Positions 18,058 through 29,396 are shown, counted from the stretch's first letter. The stretch is DNA of 64,000 nucleotides from Eubacteriales bacterium (GCA_041390245.1 JAWKQI010000001.1:235558-299557); one strand, 5' to 3'. A program made the numbers and translations. The notes: generated from the letters alone by a model not told the origin.

Positions 18058-19257
18058 CTAACTGGATGTAGTGTTTATGCCTAACCAGTCTGCAAGAATT
18101 TTCATAAGGCTTTGAGAATAATTTATTACGCTTATATCCTCTCCGGCTACGATATCTATCGTTACGATACTTTGCCCGTCTTGTGTTATATCTATATGCC
18201 CAACTACCTGCCCTTTGCTTATCGGAGCCGTAGGTTTTTCTTCTATCACTATATTCGTCTCTATGTTGGCCTCCTCATCTTTTTTAAGGAGAAGGCTATA
18301 TCCTTTGCTAGCATAAATGCTTAATATGTCCTTTGAGCCTCCAAATACTGAGACATTTTTTTTGATTATCTGGTTTTCAGTTACAATTGTCTTAAGAGAG
18401 TAATTTGCAAAGGCATAGTTGAATGCATTTTTAGCGTCGTCATATCTTGAAGTTGAATCCGGTGCATTTAGCCCTACGTAAATATATCTAGTGTTTCCCT
18501 TCTTTGCCGTAGATGCAAGGCACTGCCCAGCCGTTGATGAAAAGCCGGTCTTTATCCCGTCACAGCCTTCGTAATTCCTTATCATCTTGTTTAAATTGAC
18601 TATCTGGGTTATACGGTCGTCTTCATGTGTAAACGTATCCAGCCAAGTCGTACTGGATTTAAAGAACAGTGAATATTTAACAAGCATACTTGATATCTTC
18701 GCCATGTCCGCCGCTGTCGTAGTTTGCCCGTCTACATCATTTCCGGTCAGATTCACTATATGAGTACCGGTAAGCCCAAGTTCACTTGCTTTGTCATTTA
18801 AAACTTTTATAAAGGCGTCTTCCCCTCCGTATAGCTTTTCGGCAAGCGCTACTATGGCATCATTGGCAGAATTTATTATGGCTGCGTGAAGCAGGTCTCC
18901 TACTTTACAAGTCTCCCCTTTTTCTAAAAATACAGTAGAACCGCCTATACCCGCCGCATGCTCGCTTATAGTGACTTCATCGTCGGCTGTCACATCGCCT
19001 TCGTCAATAGCCTGCAAAAACATCAGTATAAAATACGTCTTAATAACGTTTGCACAAGGCATGGCCACTTCTGCGTTTTTCTGAAACAATACTTTCCCAC
19101 TTGAAGCTTCTATCAGAATATATGCCTCGCTTTGCATCTCAACCGGCGCCTCATCCACAGTGCTTATTACTTGCTCATCTTCGGCGGCATATGCACTTTT
19201 ACCTATGAAAACTACTAAAAATATTATTACAAATAAAACACAAATAGGTTTTTTCAT
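18058..19257 (-). CDS. D-alanyl-D-alanine carboxypeptidase-like protein (S11 fold) lacking the catalytic serine
   Basis: Signal peptide (MKKPICVLFVIIFLVVFIGKSAYA). SxN-like NSANDA and KTG (IKTGFS) are present, but the SxxK position reads PCANVIK (Asn codon AAC at 19048-19050). GGAG lies 8 nt upstream of the ATG at 19257, and the ORF-track start at 19266 is a GTG abutting the RBS. Confidence 0.75.
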   Translation of the reverse strand: MKKPICVLFVIIFLVVFIGKSAYAAEDEQVISTVDEAPVEMQSEAYILIEASSGKVLFQKNAEVAMPCANVIKTYFILMFLQAIDEGDVTADDEVTISEHAAGIGGSTVFLEKGETCKVGDLLHAAIINSANDAIVALAEKLYGGEDAFIKVLNDKASELGLTGTHIVNLTGNDVDGQTTTAADMAKISSMLVKYSLFFKSSTTWLDTFTHEDDRITQIVNLNKMIRNYEGCDGIKTGFSSTAGQCLASTAKKGNTRYIYVGLNAPDSTSRYDDAKNAFNYAFANYSLKTIVTENQIIKKNVSVFGGSKDILSIYASKGYSLLLKKDEEANIETNIVIEEKPTAPISKGQVVGHIDITQDGQSIVTIDIVAGEDISVINYSQSLMKILADWLGINTTSS

Positions 19258-19315
19258 ATAAAACACTCCAAAAGATATTTTTATAAATATATATGCTTAA
19301 AAAATACCTTTTATA

Positions 19316-19345
19316 AATAAAAAAAGAGGCCTTAAACGGCCCTTT
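19316..19345 (-). terminator. probable terminator after punA
   Basis: Short GC stem GGCC / GGCC (19328-19331 / 19338-19341) with a 6-nt loop. On the minus strand it is followed by TCTTTTTTATTT. Confidence 0.45.
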
Positions 19346-19355
19346 CTTTAAATTA

Positions 19356-20171
19356 CTATATATCTTTTAAAAAAACATTGAATAACTTATACATATCAAG
19401 GGAAACTTGTTTGCCCGTCTTAATAACCTCTTCATGCGTAAGCGGCTTATCCAAAATGCCCGCTGCCATATTCGTCACGCAAGATATAACGGCTACCCTT
19501 ACCTTTGCATGAGCTGCAGCTATTACCTCCGGTACGGTAGACATACCCACTAAATCTGCTCCCAAAGTCCTAAGCGCCCGTATTTCAGCGGGTGTCTCAT
19601 ATGAAGGCCCCAGCATCATGGCATAAACACCTTGCTTTAATACTACGTTCTCCTCTTTTGCCTTTTTAACAAACAAATCCATATACTCCCTGTCGTAAGC
19701 AAATGTCATATCCGGAAAACGCTCGCCGAACTCGTCCATATTCTTTCCTCTAAGCGGCGTTAGGGATGTAAAGTTTATATGGTCCTTAACCAATACCAAA
19801 TCCCCCGGGTTAAAATTTTCGTTTATCCCTCCGGCAGCATTTGTTATTATTATGCTTTTAACGCCAAGTTTTATAAAAGCCCTTATAGGGATAACAGTTT
19901 CTTCCGCGCTATACCCCTCATAGCAGTGGAACCTGCCCTGCATCAATACTACGTTCTTTCCTTCAATATTACCGAATATGAGCCGGCCTTTATGCCCGGG
20001 CGCAGTAGATACCGGAAATCCCGGTATGTCACTGTAGTTAGTTATTTTTGCGTCTTTCACAGTGTCTGCATAAGAGTTAAGGCCAGAGCCTAAAATTATC
20101 GCAACATCAGGTTTTACCTTAATTATACTTTTTAAATATTCATACGCGCTTAATATTCTTTCTCTTGTCAT
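19356..20171 (-). CDS. punA: purine nucleoside phosphorylase (PunA type)
   Basis: 271 aa with ..VAIILGSGL.., ..GHKGRLIFG.., ..GRFHCYEGY.., ..MSTVPEVI... Confidence 0.9.
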   Translation of the reverse strand: MTRERILSAYEYLKSIIKVKPDVAIILGSGLNSYADTVKDAKITNYSDIPGFPVSTAPGHKGRLIFGNIEGKNVVLMQGRFHCYEGYSAEETVIPIRAFIKLGVKSIIITNAAGGINENFNPGDLVLVKDHINFTSLTPLRGKNMDEFGERFPDMTFAYDREYMDLFVKKAKEENVVLKQGVYAMMLGPSYETPAEIRALRTLGADLVGMSTVPEVIAAAHAKVRVAVISCVTNMAAGILDKPLTHEEVIKTGKQVSLDMYKLFNVFLKDI

Positions 20172-21349
20172 TTATTTTTCCCCTTTAAAATCTGCCTTAA
20201 AAACGAAGTGCCCTCACCTGTCGTAGGCAAATTGAAAAATTCAAGTATTGTAGCAGATATGTCCGCAAATGTGCTTCTTATACCTAAGTTAACCCCAGGG
20301 CTAACTTTTCTCCCGTAAACAAGTATCGGGATATACTCCCTGCTGTGGTCTGTGCTGCTGGTTGTAGGGTCGCAGCCATGATCTGCTGTTATAATCAGTA
20401 TATCATCATTGTTTAGTGCATTCATTATCTCCGGAAGCCTTTTATCAAAATCCATTAAAGCATTTGCATAACCGCAGGCGTTGTTCCTATGCCCATACAG
20501 CATGTCAAAATCTACAAGATTGGTAAATATAAGCCCGCTTCCTTCTTGCTCCATTTGCTGTATTGTAGTATCCGTTCCGGATTTATTATCAGTTGTATGA
20601 ATTGACTTGGTTATTCCGCGTTTAGCAAAGATATCCTCTATTTTTCCTATCCCAATAACCTCATATCCGTTTTCATACAGGATATCGAGCATAGTTTTAC
20701 CCGGCGGTTCCAGCGAAAAATCCCGCCTGTTTTTTGTCCTCTCCGGCTTCCCGTCCTTAACTATGAACGGCCGGGCTATGACTCTTCCAACGGCATGCTC
20801 GCCCGTCATTATCTGCCTTGCTTTTTTGCACATGCCATATAGTTCTTCAAGAGGTATTACTTCCTCATTTGCAGCTATCTGAAGCACACTGTCCGCCGAA
20901 GTATAAACTATAGGGTACCCCGTCTTTGTGTGCTCTTCTCCCAGTATCTTTATAATCTCAGTTCCTGATGCAGCATAATTACCGAGTATCTTTCTCCCAA
21001 ATGCTTTTTCAAGCGCTGATACGACATCTTTGGGAAAGCCGTTAGGATAGACCGGAAAAGGTTTTTTTAAAGTAAGCCCGGCTATTTCCCAGTGGCCACC
21101 CGTCGTATCCTTGGCATTTATTTTCTCGGCGCTCTTTCCGTATGCCCCAAGAGGCTTGTCCGACTTATAGGGTATATTTACTCCGTCTATGTTCCCAAGT
21201 CCCAAATTAATAAGGTTAGGGATAGAAACACCCTTAACCTTTTCAAATAAATGCCCCAGAGTATCTGCGCCTAAATCTCCATATTCTACCGCATCTTTTT
21301 GTGCGCCTATTCCTACACTATCTAAAACTATTAATACTACTTTTGACAT
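20168..21349 (-). CDS. deoB: phosphopentomutase
   Basis: 393 aa with ..[12 protein letters not shown].., ..[10 protein letters not shown].. and ..[10 protein letters not shown]... It overlaps the punA start. Confidence 0.9.
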   Translation of the reverse strand: MSKVVLIVLDSVGIGAQKDAVEYGDLGADTLGHLFEKVKGVSIPNLINLGLGNIDGVNIPYKSDKPLGAYGKSAEKINAKDTTGGHWEIAGLTLKKPFPVYPNGFPKDVVSALEKAFGRKILGNYAASGTEIIKILGEEHTKTGYPIVYTSADSVLQIAANEEVIPLEELYGMCKKARQIMTGEHAVGRVIARPFIVKDGKPERTKNRRDFSLEPPGKTMLDILYENGYEVIGIGKIEDIFAKRGITKSIHTTDNKSGTDTTIQQMEQEGSGLIFTNLVDFDMLYGHRNNACGYANALMDFDKRLPEIMNALNNDDILIITADHGCDPTTSSTDHSREYIPILVYGRKVSPGVNLGIRSTFADISATILEFFNLPTTGEGTSFLRQILKGKNK

Positions 21350-21361
21350 CGCTTTTCCCTC

Positions 21362-21960
21362 TTAATAAAATACTTTTATAGTAAGATATACCAGCATCAC
21401 ATTTATGATATTTATAAAAACCGTAAAAATAATAACCGGCATCATGGCTTTTAAATGCTGACCTAAGCAAACAAATATTTTTTTATTCTTTACTGGGTTT
21501 TTAAACCTAATCAGCCCCATATTTGCGCATCTTGCCGTAAGTACTATAAACGTAAAAAATATTATAACAAAAATCAATACTTCGGCTATTAAAAACCATT
21601 TACAGCTTATTAATATTATAGCAAATGCAAGGCCTATATAAAACCCTCTAATTAAAAACGAAATAAAGCCAACTGGAATTAAAAATGGATTTAAAGATGA
21701 AATTAAAAGTGCCAGAAAAAAATACGTCGTTAAATACCGCGTATAGCAATATAGTAAGTATATTCAGGCTTAATTCAGCTAGAATTCGATATGATATTTG
21801 AAATGTTTTCTATTATTTGTTCCTTTAACCACTGGTCAAAACCAAATACCGTGAATACGCCGGCTGCCACACCTGTTAGTCCAACAAATGCCACCAAGGT
21901 AAAGAGCAGTTTATTGCTTAATATTTCTTCTTTTATTTTTCGAAAAAAAATATAATACAA
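21362..21960 (-). pseudogene. spoIIM: stage II sporulation protein M, two frameshifts (~21779-21781 and 21716-21722)
   Basis: Three consecutive frames read by eye: ..FTLVAFVGLTGVAAGVFTVFG..NIISNSS*, then AELSLNILTILLYAVFNDVFF, then LALLISSLNPFLIPVGFISFLIRGFYIGLAFA.. continuing into ORF 21362..21577. The second shift is in a T7 run on the coding strand. Confidence 0.7.
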
Positions 21961-21992
21961 ACGCCTTTGCCCCTAGATATATATTCGTCTTA

Positions 21993-22021
21993 AAGATATG
22001 CAAACCATTTGTATTATATGA
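21993..22021 (-). promoter_or_regulatory. candidate sigma-E-type promoter upstream of spoIIM
   Basis: TCATATA (22015-22021) - 14 nt - CATATCTT (21993-22000) on the minus strand, against the Bacillus sigma-E consensus (xHATAxx-14-CATACAHT). spoIIM is sigma-E dependent in B. subtilis. Confidence 0.4.
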
Positions 22022-22044
22022 TTTTAATATGTTTATCAAAATTA

Positions 22045-22869
22045 TTATTCCACTATCTGATTTTCTATTATTATTTTATCTGTTATCATAGCTATAAACT
22101 CTTTATTTGTGGGTTTTCCTCTGTTAACATCAACTGTATATCCAAACATTTCGTCTATTACGTTTATGTTACTTCTGCTCCATGCTACTTCTATTGCATG
22201 CCTTATGTTCCTTTCTACATTAAAAATTGTAGTTAAATATTTTTCAGCAATTATCGGATAAAGTTTTGTCGTCATGTTATAGATATAGCTCCTGTCCGAT
22301 AACGTAAGTGACAGTGCAGTCTTTAGATATTCATAGCCTAAAAGTGTAGTTTTAAAATTCAATTGAGAGAGTATGTTTACAACCTGTGATTTTTTCTTTT
22401 GGGAAGAACGTTCTTTTATGCTTGTATTCGTATAATTTTCAAAACTTTCATCTTTCGTATACTCATCACATTCTTCAAGGATCTCGATTACACGCCTTTC
22501 TAATAGATCCAACTTTAAGGGTTTTAGAAAGAAATAATCCACCTCTGCCTCCTCACACTTTTTCATTATAAAGTCTATATTCAGTGCAGATGTGATTATC
22601 ACTTTTGCCCTATTATATGCTAGTTTGTTCCTTACTTTTTCCAGTACTTCAAAACCATCGTAATTGGGTAAGAGCATGTCAAGTATCAGCAGATCAGGAT
22701 TTTCTTTTGAAATGATATCAATGGCGCTTTTACCATCAGAAGCAAGTCCTACTACATTAATGCTCTTATTTTTCGATAGTGTGTCTCTTATCTTTCTAGC
22801 GCAATCAGAGCTATTGTCTGTTATAACAACCTTGTAAGTCCCACTCACGTCTCTTCTCCATCTCCTCAT
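22045..22869 (-). CDS. spo0A: sporulation master regulator Spo0A
   Basis: Receiver domain (..KVVITDNSS.., ..DLLILDMLLPNYDG.., ..FFLKP..) plus the diagnostic Spo0A C-terminal domain (..ERNIRHAIEVAWSRSNINVIDEMFGYTVDVNRGKPTNKEFIAMITDKI). The likely start is ATG 22869 or GTG 22848 (GGAG 7 nt upstream). The ORF-track start at 22959 overlaps spoIVB and is unlikely. Confidence 0.9.
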   Translation of the reverse strand: MRRWRRDVSGTYKVVITDNSSDCARKIRDTLSKNKSINVVGLASDGKSAIDIISKENPDLLILDMLLPNYDGFEVLEKVRNKLAYNRAKVIITSALNIDFIMKKCEEAEVDYFFLKPLKLDLLERRVIEILEECDEYTKDESFENYTNTSIKERSSQKKKSQVVNILSQLNFKTTLLGYEYLKTALSLTLSDRSYIYNMTTKLYPIIAEKYLTTIFNVERNIRHAIEVAWSRSNINVIDEMFGYTVDVNRGKPTNKEFIAMITDKIIIENQIVE

Positions 22870-22934
22870 TATGTAATTGTATCTCACGTTCACAATTATA
22901 TCACTAAAAGAATAATGTTGTCTAGCAATTATCA

Positions 22935-24221
22935 CTATGATGATATTCCTAGCATCCACTCTATAAACATTCCATAACCTTTAAGCGGATCGTTGATAAA
23001 AACGTGGGTAACTGCCCCTATTATCTTGCCATTTTGCAAAATAGGGCTGCCGCTCATACCCTGCACAATACCGCCTGTTTTTTCTATCAATCTGCTGTCC
23101 GTAACTTCAATTACAATACCTTTTTGCGACGGAACACTCTGCTGGTTGACCTTTATTATCTCGCATGAATATTCCTGTATACCATTATCGTCAATAGAAC
23201 AAAGTATTGTTGCCGGGCCTGTTTCAACTTCATCGTGAGTCGCAACTAAAACGGGAGTATTGTATAGTTCATTTTCTATTGTATCATAAGCCTGCCCATA
23301 AATTCCAAATTCTGTATTACTAATTATTTTGCCCAGTTTTTCTTCAGCCAAATTAAATGTCCCATGTAATTCTCCTGGCACTCCTTCCTCACCTTTTGTC
23401 ACGCCTACTATCCTCGACCTAACTATTTCACCCTGTTTGACAGTTAAGAGCATGCCAGTATCGACATCTGTTATTGCATGTCCTAGGCCGCCAAAAGTGT
23501 TATTACCCGGGTCATAGTATGTAAGCGTTCCAACGCCTGCAGTGCTGTCACGGACCCACACCCCTATCCTGTATTTCCCATCGCTTGAGTCCTTAACGGG
23601 TTTTACCGTAATAACTTTTTGGCCAGACTCCCTAGTTACAGTCATTTTTATCGCCTCACCGTTAAGCTCCCCTATGAGCTCGGACAATTGATCTGAATCT
23701 TCTACTTCAGTACCATTCACTTCAGTTATAACGTCTCCGGTCAAAAGCCCCGCGCTTTTAGCAGGATTAACTGAATCTCCATCCATATCATTTATATTAG
23801 ACATGCCGACGACTACCGCACCTTGGGTATAAAGCGCTACTCCTATAGCTATCCCGCCTGGAATTATGCTCTTGCTTTCGCTTGTAACTATCTTTATGTC
23901 CTTTAATTTGATTAAACCAAAAAGTGAAAGCGATATGTCGGCAGAAGATTCTGCCTGTGCTGTGATGGTTAGCGGTTCGTTTAAGCTATATTCGTTTTGT
24001 TCTTTAAGCGATGTGCCGTTTATCTCAAGTACTCCGACACTATCTCCCGAAATCTCTACGTTTACAGGCAGGTTAAATTCAAATACCTTCTCTGACCCGT
24101 CTGGTATATATATTTCGTTTGGCAAAGATAATACGCTTTGAACACCGGGCAGCATGTATACTGTTAAGATGATTAATGAAAATAATATTCCTGTTATTTT
24201 TTTAAAAACTTTCCGTTTCAA
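22935..24221 (-). CDS. spoIVB: SpoIVB peptidase (S55, signalling protease)
   Basis: N-terminal TM helix, PDZ region (..AGLLTGDVITEVNG..) and peptidase S55 domain (..GIGTLTYYDP.. equivalent VGTLTYYDPGNNTFGGLGH, ..GMSGSPI..). GAGGTG RBS lies 6 nt upstream of TTG at 24221. Confidence 0.85.
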   Translation of the reverse strand: MKRKVFKKITGILFSLIILTVYMLPGVQSVLSLPNEIYIPDGSEKVFEFNLPVNVEISGDSVGVLEINGTSLKEQNEYSLNEPLTITAQAESSADISLSLFGLIKLKDIKIVTSESKSIIPGGIAIGVALYTQGAVVVGMSNINDMDGDSVNPAKSAGLLTGDVITEVNGTEVEDSDQLSELIGELNGEAIKMTVTRESGQKVITVKPVKDSSDGKYRIGVWVRDSTAGVGTLTYYDPGNNTFGGLGHAITDVDTGMLLTVKQGEIVRSRIVGVTKGEEGVPGELHGTFNLAEEKLGKIISNTEFGIYGQAYDTIENELYNTPVLVATHDEVETGPATILCSIDDNGIQEYSCEIIKVNQQSVPSQKGIVIEVTDSRLIEKTGGIVQGMSGSPILQNGKIIGAVTHVFINDPLKGYGMFIEWMLGISS

Positions 24222-24379
24222 TTTACGCACCTCAAGATTTATATAGATTATATTGTTTAGCTTTATTTTGTTTTTATACAACTTTTAGGTAAAATATTTA
24301 AGAATTCTACTTTAAAAGCGTTATTTTTACGTTTATAATACAAATATAGTTTTTTTAAAGGCGGGTTTAAAAACAATAA

Positions 24380-26137
24380 ATGGCACTTGACGGAATTACT
24401 CTTTTTTTGGCGGTTAATGAATTAAAAGATAAAATTAAAGATGCAAAAATAGACAAGATTTTTCAGCCCAGGTGGGATGAAGTCCATTTTTTCTTGCGCA
24501 TAAGCGACGAAGCCAACCGCCTAATTATATCCACTAACGCAAATGACTTTAGAATCAACTTAAGCCGTTTTCAAGCAAAATATCCTAAAACTCCCTATTC
24601 TTTTTGCATGTATTTAAGAAAACATCTAATCGGAGCAACTATTTTAGATATAGAGCAATCCGGGCTGGAAAGGATAGTGACCTTTAAGATACTTGCACGA
24701 GATGAGCTATATGAATACAGAAATTTAAATTTGATTGTCGAATTAATGGGTAAATATAGCAACCTTATAATAACGGATGAAAACTTGAAAGTCCTCTCTT
24801 GTCTAAAGCACGTAACATTCGACACAAGCCGCGTCCGCCAGATGCTGCCCGGCCTTACTTACGAACTGCCACCGCAGCAAAAAGCAGACCCGTTTTTAAT
24901 GTCAAAAGGAGATTTTTTAGATATAATAACCTCCCGCGGCGTAAAAAGCCTTTCTAAGCACATATCTTTAAATCTGCAGGGCATTTCTCCCGCAAGTGCC
25001 GAGGCTCTTTTAAGCAGCAGCATAGGAATTAATTTTTATGAAAGCAATATAAACAAAGAACAGGAAGAAAAACTGGCCGACGATCTAGTATCTTTTTTTA
25101 AGAAGCTTAAAAAAGGCGGCGTAAAAACCTATATATGTACCTCTCCGGTTGATTCCTTAAAGACATTTACGTCCCTTCCAACAGGGCAAGATATGGCCAA
25201 TCAATTTGACAGCGCTAACGAAATGCTCGATACGTTTTTCCACGACAAAGAGCTGAAAAAGGCTATATCGGTTAAAAAACAATATATAAAAAAACATCTT
25301 AAAAAGAGCATAGAAAAAACTCAGAAGCTTTTAGGCATTCATTCGCAAACTTATGAAGACTCTAAAAACGCTCTTACGTATAAAGAATATGCGGACTTAA
25401 TAACAGCAAATATTTTTAGAATAGAGCGCGGTATGCCTTCTGTCACCGTTCAAAACTACTACGATGATATGAAGGATGTAAAAATCCCTCTAAACGTTAC
25501 TATGACTCCTCAAAAAAACGTCCAGCAATATTATAAAAAATACAACAAATTAAAAACTGCAGGTACGTTATCTAAAAAGCATATGGATGAAGCTGCGTCA
25601 GAGCTTGATTTTTTACTTGACGTAGATACTTCGGTAGACAACGTAGATACTCTTGATGAACTTGAAGAAATCCTTTCAGACCTTATAAAGGAAGGTTTTA
25701 TACCGGAGAAAAAGGCTCAGGAAAAAGGCAGAAAAAATGCTAAGCCAAAGGAACAGGTATCGGCCCCTGCCTCATTTTTATCCTCTGATGGGTTTAAAAT
25801 ATATGCTGGGCGCAATAACAGGCAAAACGATTACGTTACACTTAGGCTGTCTACCCCGTCAGATATTTGGCTTCATGCAAAAGGACCCGGAGCCCACGTT
25901 CTTATAAAATCTGGGAATAAAGAGGTGCCTAATAATACTATTTTAGAGGCAGCAGTAATAGCCGCAGCTCTTTCACGCCAGAAAAATTCGGATAAGGCAT
26001 CTGTAGACTATACTGCCAAAAAAAACGTATGGAAAGCTTCCGGTGCCCGGCCGGGAATGGTCTTATATCAATCTTATAAGACTATAAACGTAAAACCAGA
26101 TTTTAGTTTACTCGAGCGCTTAAGGATAAAAAAATAA
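24380..26137 (+). CDS. rqcH: NFACT-family ribosome quality-control protein RqcH (fibronectin-binding protein A-like)
   Basis: 585 aa with NFACT-N start MALDGITLFLAVNELKD..KIDKIFQP, a coiled-coil middle and a C-terminal NFACT-R region (..IWLHAKGPGAHVLI..). Confidence 0.85.
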   Translation: MALDGITLFLAVNELKDKIKDAKIDKIFQPRWDEVHFFLRISDEANRLIISTNANDFRINLSRFQAKYPKTPYSFCMYLRKHLIGATILDIEQSGLERIVTFKILARDELYEYRNLNLIVELMGKYSNLIITDENLKVLSCLKHVTFDTSRVRQMLPGLTYELPPQQKADPFLMSKGDFLDIITSRGVKSLSKHISLNLQGISPASAEALLSSSIGINFYESNINKEQEEKLADDLVSFFKKLKKGGVKTYICTSPVDSLKTFTSLPTGQDMANQFDSANEMLDTFFHDKELKKAISVKKQYIKKHLKKSIEKTQKLLGIHSQTYEDSKNALTYKEYADLITANIFRIERGMPSVTVQNYYDDMKDVKIPLNVTMTPQKNVQQYYKKYNKLKTAGTLSKKHMDEAASELDFLLDVDTSVDNVDTLDELEEILSDLIKEGFIPEKKAQEKGRKNAKPKEQVSAPASFLSSDGFKIYAGRNNRQNDYVTLRLSTPSDIWLHAKGPGAHVLIKSGNKEVPNNTILEAAVIAAALSRQKNSDKASVDYTAKKNVWKASGARPGMVLYQSYKTINVKPDFSLLERLRIKK

Positions 26138-26154
26138 CGGTTAAATTTTTATAT

Positions 26155-26186
26155 ACAAAAACAGCCGGTTAAACCGGCTGTTTTAA
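26155..26186. terminator. bidirectional Rho-independent terminator between rqcH and gap
   Basis: CAGCCGGTT / AACCGGCTG perfect inverted repeat (26162-26180), flanked by an A-run upstream and TTTT downstream, between convergent genes. Confidence 0.8.
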
Positions 26187-26201
26187 ATTTTAAATATTTT
26201 C

Positions 26202-27272
<1,071 letters not shown>

Positions 27273-27327
27273 TTATATACCAAACGACGTCTTTTTTCAA
27301 GCTAATTTTTAAAAATATGCAATAATA

Positions 27328-28443
27328 CTACTTCAAATTTTCAATATTTAAGCCCTTTAAATCATCTGGCACAAAAACTCCATCCTTTCTTATCAACTCA
27401 TCATCGAACCAAATTTCTCCGCCGCCATATTCCGGGCGCTGTATATAAACCAAATCCCAATGTACTGCGCTCCTATTCCCATTGTCCGCGTCGTCATAAG
27501 ATGCACCCGGTGTAAAGTGTATAGACCCAGCTATTTTTTCATCAAACAGCGTATCGTACATCGGTTTTAATATATAAGGATTTACACCAAATGAAAACTC
27601 ACCTATATACCTTGCACCTTCATCTGTATTAAGTATTGAATTTATACGCTTTGTATCATTTGCCTTTGCCTCTACGATTTTACCGTTTTCAAACTTAAAA
27701 TATATATCTTCAAACTTAAATCCCTGATGTATAGACGGCGTGTTATATGTAATATATCCATTGACACTGTCTTTTACCGGAGCAGTATATATTTCACCGT
27801 CTGGTATGTTCATGTTACCCGTACATTTTTTTGCGTCTATGCCTTTTATAGAAAACTCAAGGTCTGTGCCTTTTCCGTTTATTCTCACTCTGTCTGCATT
27901 TTCCATTCTCTTTTTAAGAGGGTCCATAGCTTTGTCCATCTTAGAATAATCAAGCGTGCATACATTAAAATAAAGATCTTCGAAAGCTTCTGTGCTCATA
28001 TCTGCGAGCTGTGCCATAGAATGGTTAGGATACCGTAAGACCACCCATTTGGTCTTTTTGACCCTTAAATCCGTATGTACCTGCTTTGAATATATCTTCC
28101 TATACATCTCCATGTTTTCAAGAGGCACATCGGACATTTCTGAAATATTATTACTGCCACGTATTGCAACATATGCCTGCATATCCTGCATCCTAAGCGA
28201 ATCCCACTTGGTCATATACTCTATCTGTTCTTTGGTAGCTCCCATCATAAGAGCTCTTGAAACTTCCTGATCATTTATCGAAACAAAAGGTATGCCACCA
28301 GCTTCGTAAGCCTTTTTTACAAGCTGTTTTGCCACCTCCATGTTGCAATCGAATATCTCTATTAAGATTCTTTCTCCCTTTTTTACAGCACATGAATAAT
28401 TTATTATCGTGTCTGCGAGTTTTTCAAGCCTTTTATCTACCAT
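27328..28443 (-). CDS. aminopeptidase, M29 family (AmpS/PepS-like)
   Basis: 371 aa colinear with the thermophilic aminopeptidase family (..LADTIINYSCAVKKGERILI.., ..PDGEIYTAP.., ..HWDLV..). Confidence 0.8.
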   Translation of the reverse strand: MVDKRLEKLADTIINYSCAVKKGERILIEIFDCNMEVAKQLVKKAYEAGGIPFVSINDQEVSRALMMGATKEQIEYMTKWDSLRMQDMQAYVAIRGSNNISEMSDVPLENMEMYRKIYSKQVHTDLRVKKTKWVVLRYPNHSMAQLADMSTEAFEDLYFNVCTLDYSKMDKAMDPLKKRMENADRVRINGKGTDLEFSIKGIDAKKCTGNMNIPDGEIYTAPVKDSVNGYITYNTPSIHQGFKFEDIYFKFENGKIVEAKANDTKRINSILNTDEGARYIGEFSFGVNPYILKPMYDTLFDEKIAGSIHFTPGASYDDADNGNRSAVHWDLVYIQRPEYGGGEIWFDDELIRKDGVFVPDDLKGLNIENLK

Positions 28444-28475
28444 TTGCTTCCTCCATTTCCTTGAATCTAAAATTA

Positions 28476-29396
28476 CTATATATTTATAAGCTCATCAATT
28501 ATATAAGTTGGCCTTCCTTTTACTTCGTCAAATATCCTACCTATATAAATGCCCATAATTCCCAAAAATATGAAAATTAAAGATACCATTAAAAATAATA
28601 CTGAAAAAATAATATGCATACTATCCCAAATATTTACGGCATTAAGCACTATTGAGACAATCAGATACGCAAGCGATAAAGGCATCATTATACAACCTGT
28701 TACTATAGGTATCTTAAGCGGCCGGTTGGAAAATGAGGTTATGCCGTCCCCTGCGAGTTTAGCCATCTTCTTTAAATTATACTTCGTCTTCCCCGCTGCC
28801 CGCTCATCCCGTACATATATATACGGTTCTTGTGAGAACCCGGTCCATGCGGACATACCACGCAAAAACCTGTTTTTTTCCGGCATGTTTTTAAGTTGAT
28901 TTACAACTTTTCTGTCTATAAGCCTAAAATCTCCTGTATCGCGCGGAATCTTCTGTGCGCCCAGGGCATTTAAGAATCGGTAAAACCCCCAGGCCGTAAA
29001 CTTCTTTAAAAAAGTCTCTCCCTTCCGCTTTTCCCTTTTGCCATAGACAATGTCCGTGCCTTTTTGCCACATTTTAATCATATGTGGTATGGCTTCCGGT
29101 GGATCTTGCAGGTCTGCGTCTATTATGATAACTGCATCACCGGAGGCATATTCAAGCCCTGCAGAAACCGCCTCTTGATGGCCGAAATTACGCGAAAAAC
29201 TTAAAACCTTTACAGCCTTGTCTTCTTTTGCTATAGATTTTAAAATATTAAAAGTATTGTCCCGGCTGCCGTCGTTTATAAATATTATTTCATAATCACC
29301 AATTTCCTTCATGACATCGCTAAGCCTTTCATAAGACATTTCGATGACTTCTTCCTCATTAAAAGCCGGAACAACTACGGAGTACTTACAGCCCAT
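28476..29396 (-). CDS. family-2 glycosyltransferase, polyprenyl-phosphate sugar transferase type (GtrB/CsbB-like)
   Basis: YSVVVPAFNEEEVI, INDGSRD and IIIDADLQDPPE (DxD) motifs, plus two C-terminal TM helices. Confidence 0.75.
   Translation of the reverse strand: MGCKYSVVVPAFNEEEVIEMSYERLSDVMKEIGDYEIIFINDGSRDNTFNILKSIAKEDKAVKVLSFSRNFGHQEAVSAGLEYASGDAVIIIDADLQDPPEAIPHMIKMWQKGTDIVYGKREKRKGETFLKKFTAWGFYRFLNALGAQKIPRDTGDFRLIDRKVVNQLKNMPEKNRFLRGMSAWTGFSQEPYIYVRDERAAGKTKYNLKKMAKLAGDGITSFSNRPLKIPIVTGCIMMPLSLAYLIVSIVLNAVNIWDSMHIIFSVLFLMVSLIFIFLGIMGIYIGRIFDEVKGRPTYIIDELINI

Noticed and set aside
22870-22959. N-terminal 30-codon extension of the spo0A ORF, which overlaps the 3' end of spoIVB.
   Set aside because: It is a longest-ORF artefact. 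The extension (MDARNIIIVIIARQHYSF..) has no RBS and no counterpart in Spo0A. An ATG or GTG with a GGAG lies at 22869/22848.
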